Shown here piece by piece: positions 12,865-24,745 of a stretch of 64,000 nt of DNA; position 1 is the stretch's first letter; each line of letters begins with the position of its first letter. A program made the position numbers and the translations under genes. The stretch lies in NCBI RefSeq assembly GCF_963921235.1, contig NC_086097.1:190652001-190716000 (forward strand), read 5' to 3'. The notes beneath the pieces were generated by a model, which searched no databases, was not told where the DNA came from, and was given only the letters and a program-made list of their open reading frames with translations. The stretch comes from Mobula hypostoma. Taxonomy: Eukaryota.

Positions 12865-15800
12865 TGTAGGGTAACATAATTAGTGGATACGTACATAATT
12901 CACAACCACTGGCATTGAGCTGGGTTTAACTTTTAGAGGCTAGTCTGACGTGATGATGTACTTAAGTAAAGGGTTATTTACCGTGCTTTGTGTTCAGCTT
13001 TTTAAGAGTTGAAGGAATAAGTTGCACAGCTTTTCCTTAAAGATAAAATGACTTCTGTTGTTCCATTTGCAAAAACCTACATTGATGACCCCAATGCTCT
13101 GGGATAATTCCAGTGTTATTAAACATGTCAGCCATTATTGAAACTGCCAGAATTTTGTGAGCAAATTTCCATTGTTTGATTTGTACAAGCTAAGGCCTAA
13201 TTCACACGGCAAGAAATCACTGCAGACCACATCAAATTCTACGTGGCAGTGGCGCTCAGAAACTCCACAGCTGTGAAGTTGGTGAGTCTACTAGAACACC
13301 CACCAGAACACAACAAATACCTATCGCTGAAAACACACCTTTTACAGATTTTTAAACTGTTAGAGTCTGAGCGTGCCAAGCCATTGCTTTCCTTGCCTGG
13401 CCTTGACAATGATAAACGTTCAGATTTAATGGACCACATGCTGTCTCTACTGGGAAATCACCATCCTTGTTTTATTTTTAAAGAACTCTTCATGCAGCAA
13501 ATGTTGTTTGTATAGCCCTCACTAATGGACCCGTAAAGGACTATAGGGAGTTTGCTAAAATGGCTGAGGGTCTACATTCAGCTAGGGAGAGGTGCAAAAT
13601 TCCTCCTCTTTTCCCTGCCCCAATAAACCTGGTCAGCAAGTCTCCCAGCACGAGAATGCTCACAGCTATGAAACAGATGATGACAGGCCTATGTCTTCAC
13701 CATGCTCACTTATGTTCACTCATCTGCTGTTCATTACAGACACCTTTTCAGCGCAATGCTTCCTGTGTGACACGGGTGCTTGTGAGTGTGCTACCAGCAT
13801 CACTTGTTGATGAGAAGGGACAGAATAATGGGACTTCGCTGGAGGCTGCTAACAGTGGTAAGATCCAGATTTACAGACCACGATGGGTGACTCTCTGCTT
13901 CAGTGGGCAACGTTACATGTGTGGCTTCATCCTGGCTGAAGTGGCTAGACCCCTTCCGAGTGCGCATTTCCTGTGTGCCATAGACTGTTACTTGATCTTA
14001 AGACCTGCCAGCTTGTGGACGTCAAGGACTTTGGGCCATTACCCTGCTCCCCCAGTATGTTCCCCACAATGACTCTGTCAAGCACATGCACCTCCTCATG
14101 TGAGTTTACTCAACTGCTGGGCAAATTCCCAAACCTCACCAAGCCCACATTCTCTATTACAGCCACACAACATGGAGTCAGGCACCACATCCCCACAATT
14201 GGCCCACCAGTCCATGCTCGCGTGCGTAGACTGGACCCAGAAAATTTGGCAACAGTGAAGGCTGAGTTTGCCAATGTGGAAAGATCTGCCATTGTACACT
14301 GGCCGAATAGCACTTCAGCTTCACCCCTCTAAATGGTCCGTAAGTCCGATGGTGGTTGCCACCCAAGTGGTAATTATCAATGCCATAACGAGATCACCAC
14401 TCCCGATTGTTACCAATTCTCACACATCCTAGACTTCTCAGCATGTTTAGCAGGAAAGTTAATTTTTTTCCTGAGTCGACCTAGGGGCTACCATCGTGTG
14501 CCTGTATGATTGGAGGACATTCCCAAAACAGCTGTGGTAACCCCATTTGGCCTCTTGGAGTTCAAGAATGCAGCACAGATTTTCCAACAGCTGATGGACT
14601 CTGTATTAAAAGACTTAGTTTTTCTTTTGGTTGATGGGATTGACGTACTTGTTGCCAGTGCATCCAAATTCAAACATGTACCTCATCTCAGCACACTTTT
14701 CAAGTGCTTAACTCAACACAGGTTGATTATTAACCCTGCTAAATGTCAGTTTGGGTTGTCAGCCATTAACTTTCTCAGCCATCACATAACCACAGAAGGT
14801 GTGAAACCCCGCTCATCAAAAGTAGCTACTATTATGGATTTCCCACAGTCCCGCACTGCTAAAAAAACTATAGAAATTTTTAGCTATGGTCAATTTCTAT
14901 CACTGTTTCATTTGGTGATCTGTTGAACTTATTCTCCCCTTGTATTGTGCGCTTAAAAGCAATGCCCCTAATCAAGTAACACACACAAAATGCTGGAAGA
15001 AGTCGGCAGGTCAGGCAGTATCAATGGAAAAGAGTAAACAGTTGACATTTCAGACCAAAGCCCTGATGAAGGATCTCGGTCCGAAATGTCGACGGTTTAC
15101 TCCTTTCCATAGATGCTGCCTGATTGCTGAGGAGTTCTTCCAGAATTTTGTGTGCATTGCTTGGGTTTCCATGATCTGCAGATTTTCTGATCTTTATGCT
15201 ACCTGTAATCAAGCGCTTGACTGGTCAGCAGACTTGACCAGGGTACTTGATGATACCAAGCAAGCTCTTTCTACCCCGACCCAACTGACACACCCACTCC
15301 CCAAAGCACACATAGCCATTACTACTGACGTCTCGAACTATGCTGTGGGTGCTGTGCACAAATTGTTGGTTAGAGGCATGTGGCAGCTACTTGCCTTCTT
15401 CAGCTGGCAGCTCCATCTCCCACGAAACAAAATACAGTACAGCACGTCTGACCATGAGCTTCTTGATCTCTATCTCGCTGGCAGCCATTCTTACTTTTTT
15501 CCAGAGGGTCACTATTCTACAGCTTTAGTTGACCACAGACCCTTCGTTCATGTGATAACCAAAGTATCAGATTCTTGGTCTGCATGGCAGTAATGCCAAC
15601 AGGCCTATATATCAAAGTTCACAACTGACAACCAAAAGGAAAGATAATATCATGACCGACTGCCTTTCTTGGCCAGCTGTTGAAGCCATACACATCAGCG
15701 TTGACTATGCTGGCATGGTAGCTCACCAAGTTACTTGCCCAGAGGTCCAGGCTACTGAGCAGCAGTCACAGGCTTGCAGTGGGTTGACATTAAATCCAGG

Positions 15801-17225
15801 GAAGCTGGGACTTCTGTTCTGTGCAATCCATTCATCATTGCCCAATAGAGTCTGCAAAGTGGAGTTGGACTGTTTTTGACTCCATACAAGGCCTCTCACA
15901 TCCTGTCTGGGAGGCCTCACAGAGTTTGGTTGCACTGAAGTTTATGTGGTATTGCCTTAGTGAGGTTGTATGTGACTGAACTACAGCCTGTGTGGAATAC
16001 CATTGGCATTATTTGAGGTTGCTGAGTGATGGTTTGATCATGTCAATGTGGACGGCGTTGGTCCTCTTCCCTCCTCCCACAGTTTTACACACCTCCTTAT
16101 CATGGTGGACCATAACATTAAGTGGCCAGAGGCTGTTCTTTGAGCATCAGTGACGTCTGCAGGTGTGACTTGGGTGTTTTCAGCACCTGGTTTGCTCGGT
16201 TTGGCACGCCATATGATATTTCCTCTGACTGTAGTCTCCTTTTCATATCAGACCGCTGGGCTGCAATGGCCCAGAACCTTGATGTTAGGCTACATCACAC
16301 CATGGAATATCACCCAGAGTGAGCTATGTAAGTGGTTTTGCCACTCTGTAAAGGCTGCTCTGAAGGTTTCCCTGATGGATGAATGTTGGCATGATCATCT
16401 CCCGTGGGTCCTGCTGTGGCTCAGAACAGTTCCATAGGAGGACCTGCTGTTGTCCACCTGCAGTTGTCCATGCTGGGTTGGTATATAAGCAGCCTTTATG
16501 AGTGCCAGGTAATTTTATTCCTGATGCCACGAAAGCCTTGTTGGTCTCTGAACAGTGTTCCACCCTCCTCAGTAAACTCAATTCCTTTGCACCTATTCCT
16601 ACCTCCCATCATTGCGTACAGCACTCTTGGGTTCCTGTTGACCTACATTCCACCTCATTTGTTTTCATCTGTCATGATGCACACCAACATCCCCTTTGAC
16701 CTCCTGTTGATGGCCTGTTCTGTGTTTAGGAATGGGGAGAAAAGAGTTTTATCGTAGATAAAAACCATAAACCTGAACATATTTTGGTAGATCACCTTAA
16801 GGTGGCCACCAAGATTTGGAGAATTCTGCTACTGAGCACCTGAAGTGACATGACCGTGAGCATGTAGATACACCTCGGGACAAGCCAGAGTCCCCTGCTG
16901 TTGCTTTACCCATGGAAATAGGACCTGAGCTGGGTGGCCTGTCTGAACTTTCTGGCTAACCCAATGCCAGTGTTAGTGAACTCTGGGGAGGGGAGTGACT
17001 GTTTAAGGTAATGTAATTGGTGGAAATGTGCATAATTCACAACCAATGGCATTGAGTTGGGCTTGAGTTTCACTTTAAGAGGTTGGTTTGATGTGATGAG
17101 GTAATTACATAAATTACATAATTACTGTGCTCTGTGTTCAGTTTTTTTGGAGGTCAATAAATGAGTAGTGTGATTTTTTCTTAAATATAGAACGCTTCAT
17201 GTTGTTTTATTTATGAAAACCTACA
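12865..17225 (+). mobile_element. Decayed Ty3/Gypsy LTR retrotransposon, CsRn1-like
   Basis: TG..CA LTRs 12865-13081 and 17000-17225; PBS ttgatgacccc resembling tRNA-Trp complement TGGTGACCCC; PPT ggggagggga; gag, RT (KTAVVTPFGL), RNase H (ITTDVSNYAVGAV) and integrase remnants. Confidence 0.9.
14977..15205. mobile_element. PLE-derived fold-back mini-element inside Gypsy pol
   Basis: Inverted arms ~14978-15056 and ~15078-15158, central CTGATGA..GAAA; TSD taatcaag (14969-14976, 15206-15213). Confidence 0.85.
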
Positions 17226-18756
17226 ATGCTAATCTCAGGATGGAGCTGGATGAATTTACAACTTTCTGCAGCTTATTTCAATCCTGTGCAGTGGCTCCTC
17301 CATACCAAATAGTGAGGTAACCAGTTAGAATACTTTCCATGGTACATCTGTATAAATTTATGAGTGTCTTTGGTGACATACCAATTCTCCTCAAACACTT
17401 AATGACATGTAGCTGCTGTTGTGCCTTCTTTTTAACTGCATCAATATGTCGGGCCCACAACAGATCCTCAGAGATGTTGACACCCAGGAACTTGAAACTG
17501 CTCTTCCTTTCCACTTCTGATCCCTCAGTGAGGATTGGTGTGTGTTTCCTCAACCTCTCCTTCGGAAGTGCACAATCAATTCTATAGTCTTACTGACATT
17601 GCAAGGTTTTTGCTGTGACACCACTCAACCAGACTATTTATCTCGCTTCTGTATACCTCCTTGTCACCATTGAAAAATTTGCTAATATTGGTCGTATGGC
17701 CAATAAAGTTACACATACTCTTGTAGGTAGAGTAGAGCAGTGAGCTAAGATCATCCTTGAGAAGTGCCAGTGTTGATTTTTAGTGAGGGTGAAATGTTAT
17801 TTCTGATCCACATGGACTGGCGTCACAGTATGAAGTCAAGGATTCAGTTGTAGAGGGTGGTACAGAGGTCCAGATTTTGGAGCTTATTTAGAATTCAGGA
17901 TATGATTGTGTTGAACACTGAGCTGTAATTGATTAAAAAACAGTCTGACTACTATTGTCCAAAGGACCCAAAGCCAACTGGAGAGCCAGTGAGATTGCAT
18001 CTGCAGTCGACTTATTGTGGTGCTAAGCCAATTACAGTGGGTCCAGGTCTTTGCTTGGGTGGGTGTTGATTCTGGCCATGACCAACCTCTCAAGGCACAT
18101 CATCACAGAAGTTGTGAGTGCAACTGGGGATTGGTCATGGAGGCAGCTCACTCTGCTCTTGTTGGGCACTGGTATGATTGTTGCCCTTCTGAAGCAGTTG
18201 AGAACCTCCAACTGCAGTTGTAAGAGATTGAAGATGTCCTTGAACACTCCCGCCAGTTGGTTGGCACAGATTTCTGGCTCCCTCCCAGGTACATCATTAG
18301 GGTCTGGTGCCTTGTGTGGGTCCACCTCCTTGAAAGATGTTCTGGCGTAGGCCTCCGAGGCAGAGATCACAGGGTCACTAGGTGCTGCAGGCATTTGCTC
18401 GGGTGTAGTTTTATTCTCCCTTTCAAAGTGTGCATCAAATGTGTTGTGCTTATCTGAGAGTGAAACATCATAGTCATTCTTGATAGTAGGCTTCACTTTA
18501 TAGGAAGTAATGGCCTGCAAACACTGCTAGAGCTGACATGCATCCAATTCTGTCTCCACACTTAATTGGAGTTGTTTATTTGCCCTTAAGATAGCTTTCT
18601 GAAGTTTGCATCTGGACTTCTGTATACTTCTGGATCACCGGTCTTGAATGCCACAGATCTAACCCTCAGCAGACTACGAATCTCCCTACTGCATCAATGG
18701 TTTCTGGTTTCAGGTCTGATGAATGGTTCTGGCCCAAAAAGCTGATCAGAAAATTA

Positions 18757-18895
18757 GAGTCCCGATAAAGGGGCTCAGTCTGAAACGTTGATTGCTCTTT
18801 CCACTCATAGATGCTGTGTGACCTGCTGAGTTTCCCCAGCATTTTGTGTGTGTCCTTCCATAGATGCTGTTTTCCTTCAACAATCTGTGTGTGTA
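18757..18895 (+). mobile_element. PLE tail with degenerate hammerhead and partial tandem duplication
   Basis: gtcccgataaagggg...tgaaacgttgattg...atagatgctg present twice. Confidence 0.7.
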
Positions 18896-19180
18896 ATGCT
18901 TCTATTACATTTTTCTTTCCTGTACAGTATATTCATGGTCTTTATTTTTGTTGGTTAAAAAAAAAGAAATAAAAGCAATTATTTTGCACAGGAGTTAAAC
19001 ATTTGTAAAAATAATGAGATTATGATTTATAATCTTAAAATCAATTAAACTCTGACCTTATCAATATTTAGTTTATTAATATCCTTTAAATTCATATAAT
19101 TACACTAATGTGATGGGGGAATTCTGTCACTGGTAAGCATTGGTCAATTGCCTAAGTAATCACAAGAATTTTAGTTGCTA

Positions 19181-20717
19181 CTAGACAACCAAGTGACCCG
19201 TTGGGGCACCCTTTGAGAGAAAGGTTGTGCAGTCTGATGTGACCAGAATGAACATTAAATTTCCCTGAATGCTATTGCTATCGCTTTGCTTTGGAAATTA
19301 AAAAAGAAAAACTCAGTTTATTAAAGTAGAAAGACGCGTAGCAAGACAAATATGGCTCCTCCTCATTTAACGAAGGACACTTTTGATGACAACATTTCTG
19401 GTTGATCTGCCACCCTTCAAGAATACTCTAATGTTTTCATTTCTTCTTCCCCGGCTTAAAGCCACATACAGCTGACTATGCTGGAATAGCGGTTTCTTCA
19501 GATAAATCAACACATTCTCCATGGTTTGGCCTTGCGCCTTATGTACAGTCATAGCAAAGCATGACTGTATCGGGAGCTCGCTCCGCTGAAGAGGGACATC
19601 TTCCCCTTCTGATAAACTGAGAGTAATTCCTGGGATCATGACAATGTCATTTTTGAACGCACCAATGTTTATCTTTGCTACGATGAGATTGTCTTACAGT
19701 TCTTCCACCATCATTCGCATTCCATTGCAAAGCCTTGGTAGATCCAAGTTCCTCATTGAGATGATGGGATGCCGTGATCTTGCTTCAGGTTTGGTGCTGC
19801 TCGGTATAATGACAGCGACTTCATTGACAGTTGTTGTCATTCTGGAGACCCACAGCCCTTTCATCCTTTGTCTCTTCATCTCTTCTACCATTTGTTCTTT
19901 CTTTCTGATCCTGGAGTCGTGCGGCCCTGGCAGATCCGATTCTTGTTCTCTCCTCCTTCTATGCTTATTGTTGTCATTTTAGAGACGTGCATTCCTCTCC
20001 TCCTCCGTCTCTTCTTTTGTCATCTTTTTTGTTCTGACTCTTTGATCCTGGAGTTGAGCAGCCCTGGCCTCATCCGTTTCTTGTTCTCTCCCTCTCCTTG
20101 CCACTTCCCAACGACATTTGGCGTAATCTCTTAACCATTATGTCTCCCTTCTCTTTCCATGCAACATAATTAGGCTGACCATATTTTTTACCTTAATGCT
20201 GGATAGAAGATACAAAGCCGTAACACCAAAGCCTCCAGGTTGCTAATTTCTCTTGATGATGTGGATGGCACTCTCCTAAATGGACGTGACATAGTCACTG
20301 CTGTCCTTTGACTGCAGCAAAGGGTTTGATGGGTGTTTCGAAGTACTTCATTACAATAAGATTTAATTATCTCTTATTGATGGGTCACAGTTTGATCTGT
20401 CCCAATGCTGCACATGCTGATGGTGATTAGCCTAATGTGACCGCTGGAAATAGAGCTGCCCTGCTCTTTTGCTGCGGTTGGTGTCGCTGCGGTTTCCATG
20501 GAAGTTGGAATCCCATGTGGAAAGCGGGGCCTGTTGACGAGTGAGCAATTTTAAATGCAAATAACCCAATTTAACCCTGACCTTTGCATGCATTCTGTAA
20601 GTTAGCACATTTTAAGTCCATTTAGTCAAAAAAAGTGCCGCTTTAATGCACCGCTTGGGTTACTTTGAGGGCATAAACAGATAAATAGAATGAGAATTTT
20701 AATAATGTATAGATAGA
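19181..20717 (-). mobile_element. Non-autonomous Helitron with intact ends
   Basis: Minus strand A|TCTATCTATAC...hairpin gtgccccaacgggtcac (19193-19209)...CTAG|T; no TSD; RepHel fragments inside. Confidence 0.92.
19367..19775 (-). pseudogene. Helitron PIF1-like helicase C-terminal fragment
   Basis: MRNLDLPRLCNG, FAMTVHKAQGQT, QLYVALSR motifs; internal stop. Confidence 0.9.
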
Positions 20718-21235
20718 TCCAGACTTAGCAAATATGACACAGCAATTCTGAAAGAAATGTTGCTTTGAAGTAAAATTTGGTAGCAGTTAATGTTAATTAT
20801 ACTTTGTTTAGACATAAAATAAATCTTTTTATTCTGCGCAGCTACTTGAAATTTCCATACAAATTCCTGTACTATAGAAATATACACACTAGCCATTTTT
20901 ATGTCTTCTCTGACCCATATTGCCAACCATCTCAATTTATAACCAATTTTGAGGCATCCATGTTCAATAACATCTGGGTTGAATCAAAGCAAACTTATTT
21001 CCTGTTGGATTTTTCAGCTGGCAGTGAAACTGGACTTACTCTGTCTGTCTGGGTGGACAGATCTGAATTCAGTTTGTGGAGATGATCTCTCCTTATATGA
21101 ATAAGTAGGGATTCAAAAAAACATCATCAAAACATTCTTCTTAACGTCAGGCATTTTCTAGGTGAGTAACTAGGTATGGTTATCGTCATGCATTTTGTCT
21201 ATTAACTCTGTAATGTTGCTTCTAATCACACTCAT

Positions 21236-22555
21236 TTAGAACATAGAACAAAAAAAAAGTACAGCACAAAAACAAGCCCTTCAGCCACAATGTTGTGTTG
21301 AACCAGCTAAAAAGTAAATCAAAAACTCCAAAAATGAATCCCTCCTACCTACAAAAGGTCCATATCCCTCCATCTTTCTTACATCCATGTGCCAATCTAA
21401 ACATCTCTTGAAAGCCTCAAATGTATTTCCTTCTACCATCACACCAGGCAGTGCATTGCAGGCATCCACCACTCTGAGTAAAACACTTACTCCTCACATC
21501 CCCTTTGAACCTATCCACTCTCACCCTCAATTTATGCTCTCTGGTATTAGACAGTTCTAGCCTGGGAAACAGATACTCCTAGTCTACTCTATCTATGCAC
21601 CTCATAATCTTATACATCTCTATCAGATCTACCCTCAGCCTTTACTGCTCCAATGAGAACAACCTTAGTTTGTCCAGCCTCTCATGTTAGCACACGCTCT
21701 CTAAACCAGGCGGCATCCTGGTAAACTTCTTCCACACCCTCTCCAAAGCCTCAACATCCTTCCTATAGTGGGGTGACCAGAACTACATGCAATACTCTAA
21801 ATGTGGCCTAACCAGAGTTTTATAAAGTTGCATTATAACCTCTTGACTTTTGAAATTAATGTCTCGACTATGTATTTCATAACCCTTCTTGGCCACTTTC
21901 AAGGAGCTTTAAACTTGGATCCCAAGATCTTGCCCTTAACAGTGTGCTGTCTCCTTGCATTTGCTCTACCATGGTGCAACAGCTCACATTTATCTGGGTT
22001 AAACTCCACCTGCCATTTCTCAGCCCATATCTGCAACTGATCTACATAGCGCTGTATTCTTTGCCAGTCTTCTACACTATCCACAACTCCACCAATCTTG
22101 CTGTCATCTGCAAACTTACTAGCCCACCCATCTACATTTTCATTCATATACATCACAAACAGCAGAGGTCCCAGAACAGATCCCTGTAGAACTCCACTAA
22201 TTACAGACCTCCAGCTCAAATAAGTCCCTTCATCCACTCCCCACTGTCTTCTATACGAAAGCCAGTTCTAAATCCGAACAGCCAATTCACCACAGACCTC
22301 ATGCATCTTAATCTTCTGGATTAGCCTCCTATGAAGGACTTTGCTAAATGCCTTACTAAAATCCAGGTAGACAAGATTCACTGCCCTACCTTCATTAATC
22401 TCTTTTGTCACCTTGTCAAAAAACTCAGTCAAGTTGGTAAGACACGACCTGCCCTGTACAAAGCCATGCTGGCTCTCGCTAATTAGACCATGGGTTTCCA
22501 AATGCTCATATCCTATCCCTAAGATTTTTCTCCATTAAATTCCCTACAATTTCCT
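21236..22555 (-). mobile_element. 5'-truncated CR1
   Basis: SQHGFVQGRSCLTNL, QGSVLGPLLF, KFADDSKIGG; (catagaa) tail. Confidence 0.9.
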
Positions 22556-24551
22556 AATTTTTGTTTTTTTTTTAAAAAAAGAATCATTTTCATGCATGCA
22601 TCCAAAGATCTAATTTCTTACACTTTTGTTCCAAAGCATTCCTGACCATTGCAAGTCACTTATCCTGACTTGGTTGTCCACTTTCTGAAGTCTGTACTCT
22701 CTGGTCACTGGATTTCCTGTTAAAGGAAAAAAATCAGCACTTACTCCAACAAAACTATTATAATATTGGATCTCTCACCACTATTCTTTATAAATAATAT
22801 TATATTATATTATATATATCTGAAGTACTTCAGCCTAGTACTATTCTGGAAACCTTTTGGGCTGATCACTGAGATGGAGAGGTCCTAAGTGATATACTTT
22901 GAGAGTCATGAAGAAGACCAAGGGTAGGAGTTTCTGATACCACCTCCATGCAGTATCATTTCCTTAAAAATTAACATATATTGGAGTCATTTTAATGTTT
23001 AATTTTGAGGCAGGTTCTAAACTGAGAAAGAATGCCCACTCTCTCCTTAGTTAAAAGGTCTGTCCATACTCAGACTGCATGCAGTGTATATTTGACCTTT
23101 AATTTCTTCTAGGTAGATTACTTCGCTAAATGTTCTCCCTTAGTGATCAATTCCTAACACATCAATCCCTCACTGATAATGAGTTCTGGCTCCCCTGCAT
23201 CATCTGGTAAACCTCTTACTCCTTCCTCTTTCTAAACTCTTGGTCAGTCTTCCCCTACAGCCTCACTTCCTGATCCTTTCATCAGTACAAATCCATATTT
23301 TAAATCATCTCACCAAGTACCCACTCTCCCAAGTCACAAATCTTTGTGATACATACACCAAGCAGATCTCGCACACCTTCCTCACTTCCCCCACTTCTCT
23401 CAAACCCACAACCATATTTCAATCTTCTCTTCTTCTCTCTATTCCCTCTCCCTAGTTATTGATTATCTCCATGATACACTCCAGGTCTTTCCAACCATGG
23501 CTTTCTGTCCTATCCCTACTAATCATTTTCTGACTTCTCACTGCATTCCAAAACCTACCAAGATCTTGTCAATCCTTTCTATAATCCCATAACCCGTTCC
23601 ATCTCCTAGGTCTACATTCACCCCCCAAGCACTCACTTCAATATGATCATTTATCTGTAACTTTCCCAAAATTATAATTCTTTCTCAGATTTCACCTCTA
23701 AATCCCTCTATGTTCATCTCTGTTTGACTTCTGTGATCTACTGACCAACTTTTCCTTTCTAAACTCTGTTCTTTGCAATAGTGGCTGACTGTGGTAGCAA
23801 TTCTACCAGAAATAATGCCTCGGGCCTCATGAATTGGAACATATTTGAGGCAGCTCTCATCAAGAATTTTGGTAGCCCAAAAATTCTTTGGCCATACCTG
23901 CTCTCAAACTTGTGTTGCTAAGAATTAGGCACAATAATATATTTGAATCCAAACAAATATTTCATAAAAGTTGACCAATGATATGACAATCCAGTTTAAT
24001 TCCAGATAATGTGTGAAAACTGAATTTAGGAAGAATTTACAATATTATAAGTACTGAAACTAAAACTTAAATTAAGAGTTAACTAATACAACGTTGACAA
24101 TGGAGGAAGTCATTCAGCAATCACAATGATTTATTGACTTGTTTATTGTCTTTCTGCACATAATTGACATCAGTGGAAATAAATCACATCTTTTCTCTTT
24201 CAATAACCCCAAGTTTAAAAAAAATCAATAAATTATGCTAATAATATTGCAGAATGCAACAATTCACCAGCAACAAAACACAGAATCACATATTTGTTAC
24301 AATATTAATTTTAGCTGAAGTAATATTAGAAGTACCCATGAATGTATACTTGTATTATGTTGAAACAACTTTGCGAGATAAGCTTTCTTTATTTGTCTCA
24401 AAGTGATGGCAGGATTACCACATCTACAAGTTGAGTTTAGCTGTAGCATTCAAGGAATGGGTGTCAATATATTAAAAGAGTAACACTCATAATTAAATGC
24501 ACGGTTCAAATTGTATGGTCAAATTTCTCAAGAACAACTTTCTACTTGCTC

Positions 24552-24745
24552 AGCAACAAAAAAAACAACTGGAAGAACTCAATAGGTCAAGCAGCATCAG
24601 TTGAGACAGAGAGATGGCTGACATTTTAGGTCAAGGCCCTGAATTAGGACCCACACATCACAGATGTTGTTTGACCTACTAAGATCCTCCAGCTATTTGT
24701 CTCTTGCACCAGTTTCCAGCATCTGAAGACTCTAGTGTCTCTAAA
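24552..24745. mobile_element. Older PLE-derived fold-back element
   Basis: ctggaagaactcaataggtcaagcagcatc is the inverse of gatgttgtttgacctactaagatcctccag; reverse hammerhead remnant lies between. Confidence 0.65.

Larger units (their letters stand above)
12527..18725 (-). mobile_element. Rex1/Babar-type LINE remnant split by a Gypsy element
   Basis: IIPVPNKS..CLHDQSPVALTTSVMMCLERLV, FKFLGVNISEDL, LYRCTMESILTG; continuous across 12864/17226. Confidence 0.85.

Noticed and set aside
14940..15593. 217-aa ORF with an apparent novel domain before RNase H
   Set aside because: The extra segment is the fold-back PLE insertion read through by chance
19367..19639. Host PIF1 helicase gene
   Set aside because: Intronless fragment lying inside Helitron termini
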